This document shows, piece after piece, positions 30,030-32,000 of a stretch of DNA of 32,000 nt. This stretch comes from Wolbachia endosymbiont of Litomosoides sigmodontis (GTDB lineage: Bacteria; Pseudomonadota; Alphaproteobacteria; Rickettsiales; Anaplasmataceae): NCBI RefSeq assembly GCF_013365435.1, contig NZ_CP046577.1, forward strand, positions 750,001 to 782,000, written 5' to 3'. A program made the translations under genes and the position numbers. The notes beneath the pieces are model-generated. The model was not told the origin of the DNA and ran no database searches. It worked only from the letters and a program-made list of their open reading frames with translations. Every line of letters starts with the position of its first letter. Within the stretch, counting starts at the first letter, position 1.

Positions 30030-30344
30030 TTCTAAATATTTCCCGTATAACTGCGTGAGCGTTGTAATTTCAGAAATTTAAGCAGCTCAAAAATGCAAAA
30101 AACCACTTGATAAGCTTTGCTATTTCTTTACCCATAATGGTAGAGCTATTTTATATAACTTCTTAATGTAAACTAAAATAACAAGAAGATCTTGTGTTTG
30201 TATAGTGTGTTTAATTTTTTGTATTATGTGCACCGTATGTCTTTATAAAATTTCTAGGATTTTTACCTATATTAAGGTAAAATGCGCTTGTAAAGCGTTT
30301 AAGTCTCACCAGATGTCAAGTTTTTTAAATTAAAGAGTTAATAA

Positions 30345-30766
30345 TATCAATTTACATTGTTACTAAATCAAGTTAAGTGATATTGCAGAATGAGAAAGAA
30401 AGATATGAATTTACACAAAGTGCTTTCAAATGAAGCAATTGTATTATAGGCTTTATTATGTTAAAGTATTTTGTTTTATATACAACCAAAGTCTCTCACT
30501 AGGGTTGAGCTTGGGTAAATGTGGTGGTAGGTATATAACCTTGATATTTTTAGATACTTCAATTTTCTGATTTATACCAACTAGCACAATTCATATAAGA
30601 AAGTTTTCTTGGTTCTTAAATATTGTGATATTTACTTAAGAAATATATTCATACGATCAGTGTTGATATTCGGTACAAATAAACTAGAACTCTTTCTACT
30701 TTTAGGATTAACTGCACCATAGAGACGAAAATTTTTCCCCTAATTTTACTTTAACCTGCATTCCAG
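30345..30766 (-). mobile_element. Decayed IS630-family relic, copy 4 (left terminus plus about 420 bp, truncated at the junction with copy 5)
   Basis: It starts with tatcaatttacattgt, matching the family terminus. It aligns with copy 1 at about 10422-10865 and ends at ...ctgcattccagtac, where the terminus of copy 5 begins. Confidence 0.7.
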
Positions 30767-31547
30767 TACTAATTACCACTACATAAAGAACACGAATAAA
30801 CAATAATGGAAAAGAAGCCATGCTGCAGTAAGTAAAATAGCTAGGTTTAAATGGTGTTGAAATCAAAACTATTGGATAAAAAAGTTATGGAACAAGCGAA
30901 AGAAACGCTGAAGGAAGCGCGAAATATAGCGTTGACTATATGGGTAAAGCACCTAAAATTTGGAAGAGAAGAAAAATTATCTGCTCGCCTTCAAAGGCGT
31001 AGAAAAATTAAATTGAATTGGAGCTAATTAAAACAAGTTGAAGTATAAATGCAAGAAAACCCCAATTCTACTACTAATAGAGATGAGAATTAAGACATCC
31101 AAGAAAAATTTGGCTTAAATAATCAGCAAGTCTACAATACACACCGTGATATGCAAAAAATTAAATTTTTGTATATTACGCCAAAACTAATTCATAGTGA
31201 ATAAGGTAAAGATAGATAGAATATGAATATATCTTCTTGAGCAAATGTCACAATATTTAAGAACACAAGAAGATTTTCTTATATAGATCATGCCAGTTAG
31301 CATGAATCAGAAAATTGAAGAGTATCTAAAAATATCGAGGTTATATACCTACCACCACTTTACCCAAGCTCAACCTTAGTGAGGGACTTTAGTTGTATAT
31401 AAAACAGAACATTTTGCATAATAAAGTTTATAATACAATCGCTTCGTTTAAAAGCACTTTGTGTAAATTTACATCTTTCTTTCTCATTTCACAATTAAAC
31501 AATTTTGCAATGTCACTTATTTGATTCACTAACAATGAAAATTTGTA
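30767..31547 (+). mobile_element. Decayed IS630-family relic, copy 5 (opposite orientation, both termini present, internal deletion)
   Basis: The termini are tactaattaccactaca (30767) and aacaatgaaaatttgta (31547). Plus-strand translation from the ATG at 30806 gives MEKKPCCSK*..LKSKLLDKKVMEQAKE...MQENPNSTTNRDEN*DIQEKFGLNNQQVY, an IS630-type helix-turn-helix region. It jumps at about 31220 to the C-terminal part (...YIPTTTLPKLNLSEG). About 300 bp present in copy 1 are missing. Confidence 0.72.
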
Positions 31548-32000
31548 TAAGCTCTATTAATCATTTACTATTAAATTAAATAAGAGTCCTTATTGACTCT
31601 TTGTGGACTAATTACATGTATTTTAATGTTTTGGATTAAACCAATCAATTTCTATTATCGTTATTTACGAAATAAACGTTCAAATACTTAACTAGTTCTT
31701 TATTCTTTTTATATGATCTGGTATTTATGCGTTATGATTCCTTTCTAACACATGCTCAATTAAAAGCTCACAGCAATTTTCATATTGGACTTACTTTTAT
31801 TATATAAGCGAGCAGCACGGGGTCTAAAGCCGCTTTTTCATAACGGTCTTCACTTAGACCATCATTTGCCTCTGCTTTTAGAAAAATTGCCAATACATCT
31901 GCAGAATTAAATTAAGCACAGGCATATAGATATTTCTTCCATTTTGCAAGTTAATTCCTACTCCCTATTAAAGCCCTAGCCACATTTAGCACAAAGGAAA

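Overview
AT-rich chromosomal segment from an obligate intracellular alphaproteobacterium of the Anaplasmataceae. Gene content and order look most like Wolbachia; this is a judgement from gene content, not a database result. Supporting content: a split Rickettsiales-type T4SS operon (virB3-virB4-tandem virB6 paralogs), class I LysRS, ThyX and Fe-type SOD located away from virB3.

Layout:
- 1-8302 (minus): T4SS operon, with at least three tandem virB6-like genes, then virB4 and virB3.
- 8406-9941 (+): lysK, divergent from the operon.
- About 9955-11515: an unclassified repeat abutting a decayed IS630-family element.
- 11553-12239: rlpA, intact.
- 12327 to about 16040 (+): three consecutive, heavily decayed pseudogenes (murC, eno, obg), followed by a second IS630 relic.
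- 16734-28000: an ordinary, intact housekeeping run: thyX, murA, fabF, acpP, ispA, a membrane-anchored tandem FKBP-like protein, glmS, yajC, an M16 peptidase and sodB.
- 28.3-31.5 kb: a junkyard. A comM/yifB relic is split by a third IS630 relic. One cleanly delimited orphan gene for a small membrane protein follows. Two more IS630 relics are joined head-to-head and form a large imperfect palindrome.

I found no tRNA, rRNA, CRISPR array, prophage or recognisable defence or toxin module, and no convincing multi-gene novel system.

The leads most worth a second look are:
- the contiguous loss of murC/eno/obg next to intact murA/glmS/rlpA;
- an unclassified repeat of roughly 0.5 kb present twice in inverted orientation, one copy carrying a strong hairpin;
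- the orphan membrane-protein transcription unit;
- a divergent ispA.

All family calls come from motifs I read in the translations. No alignments or searches were run.
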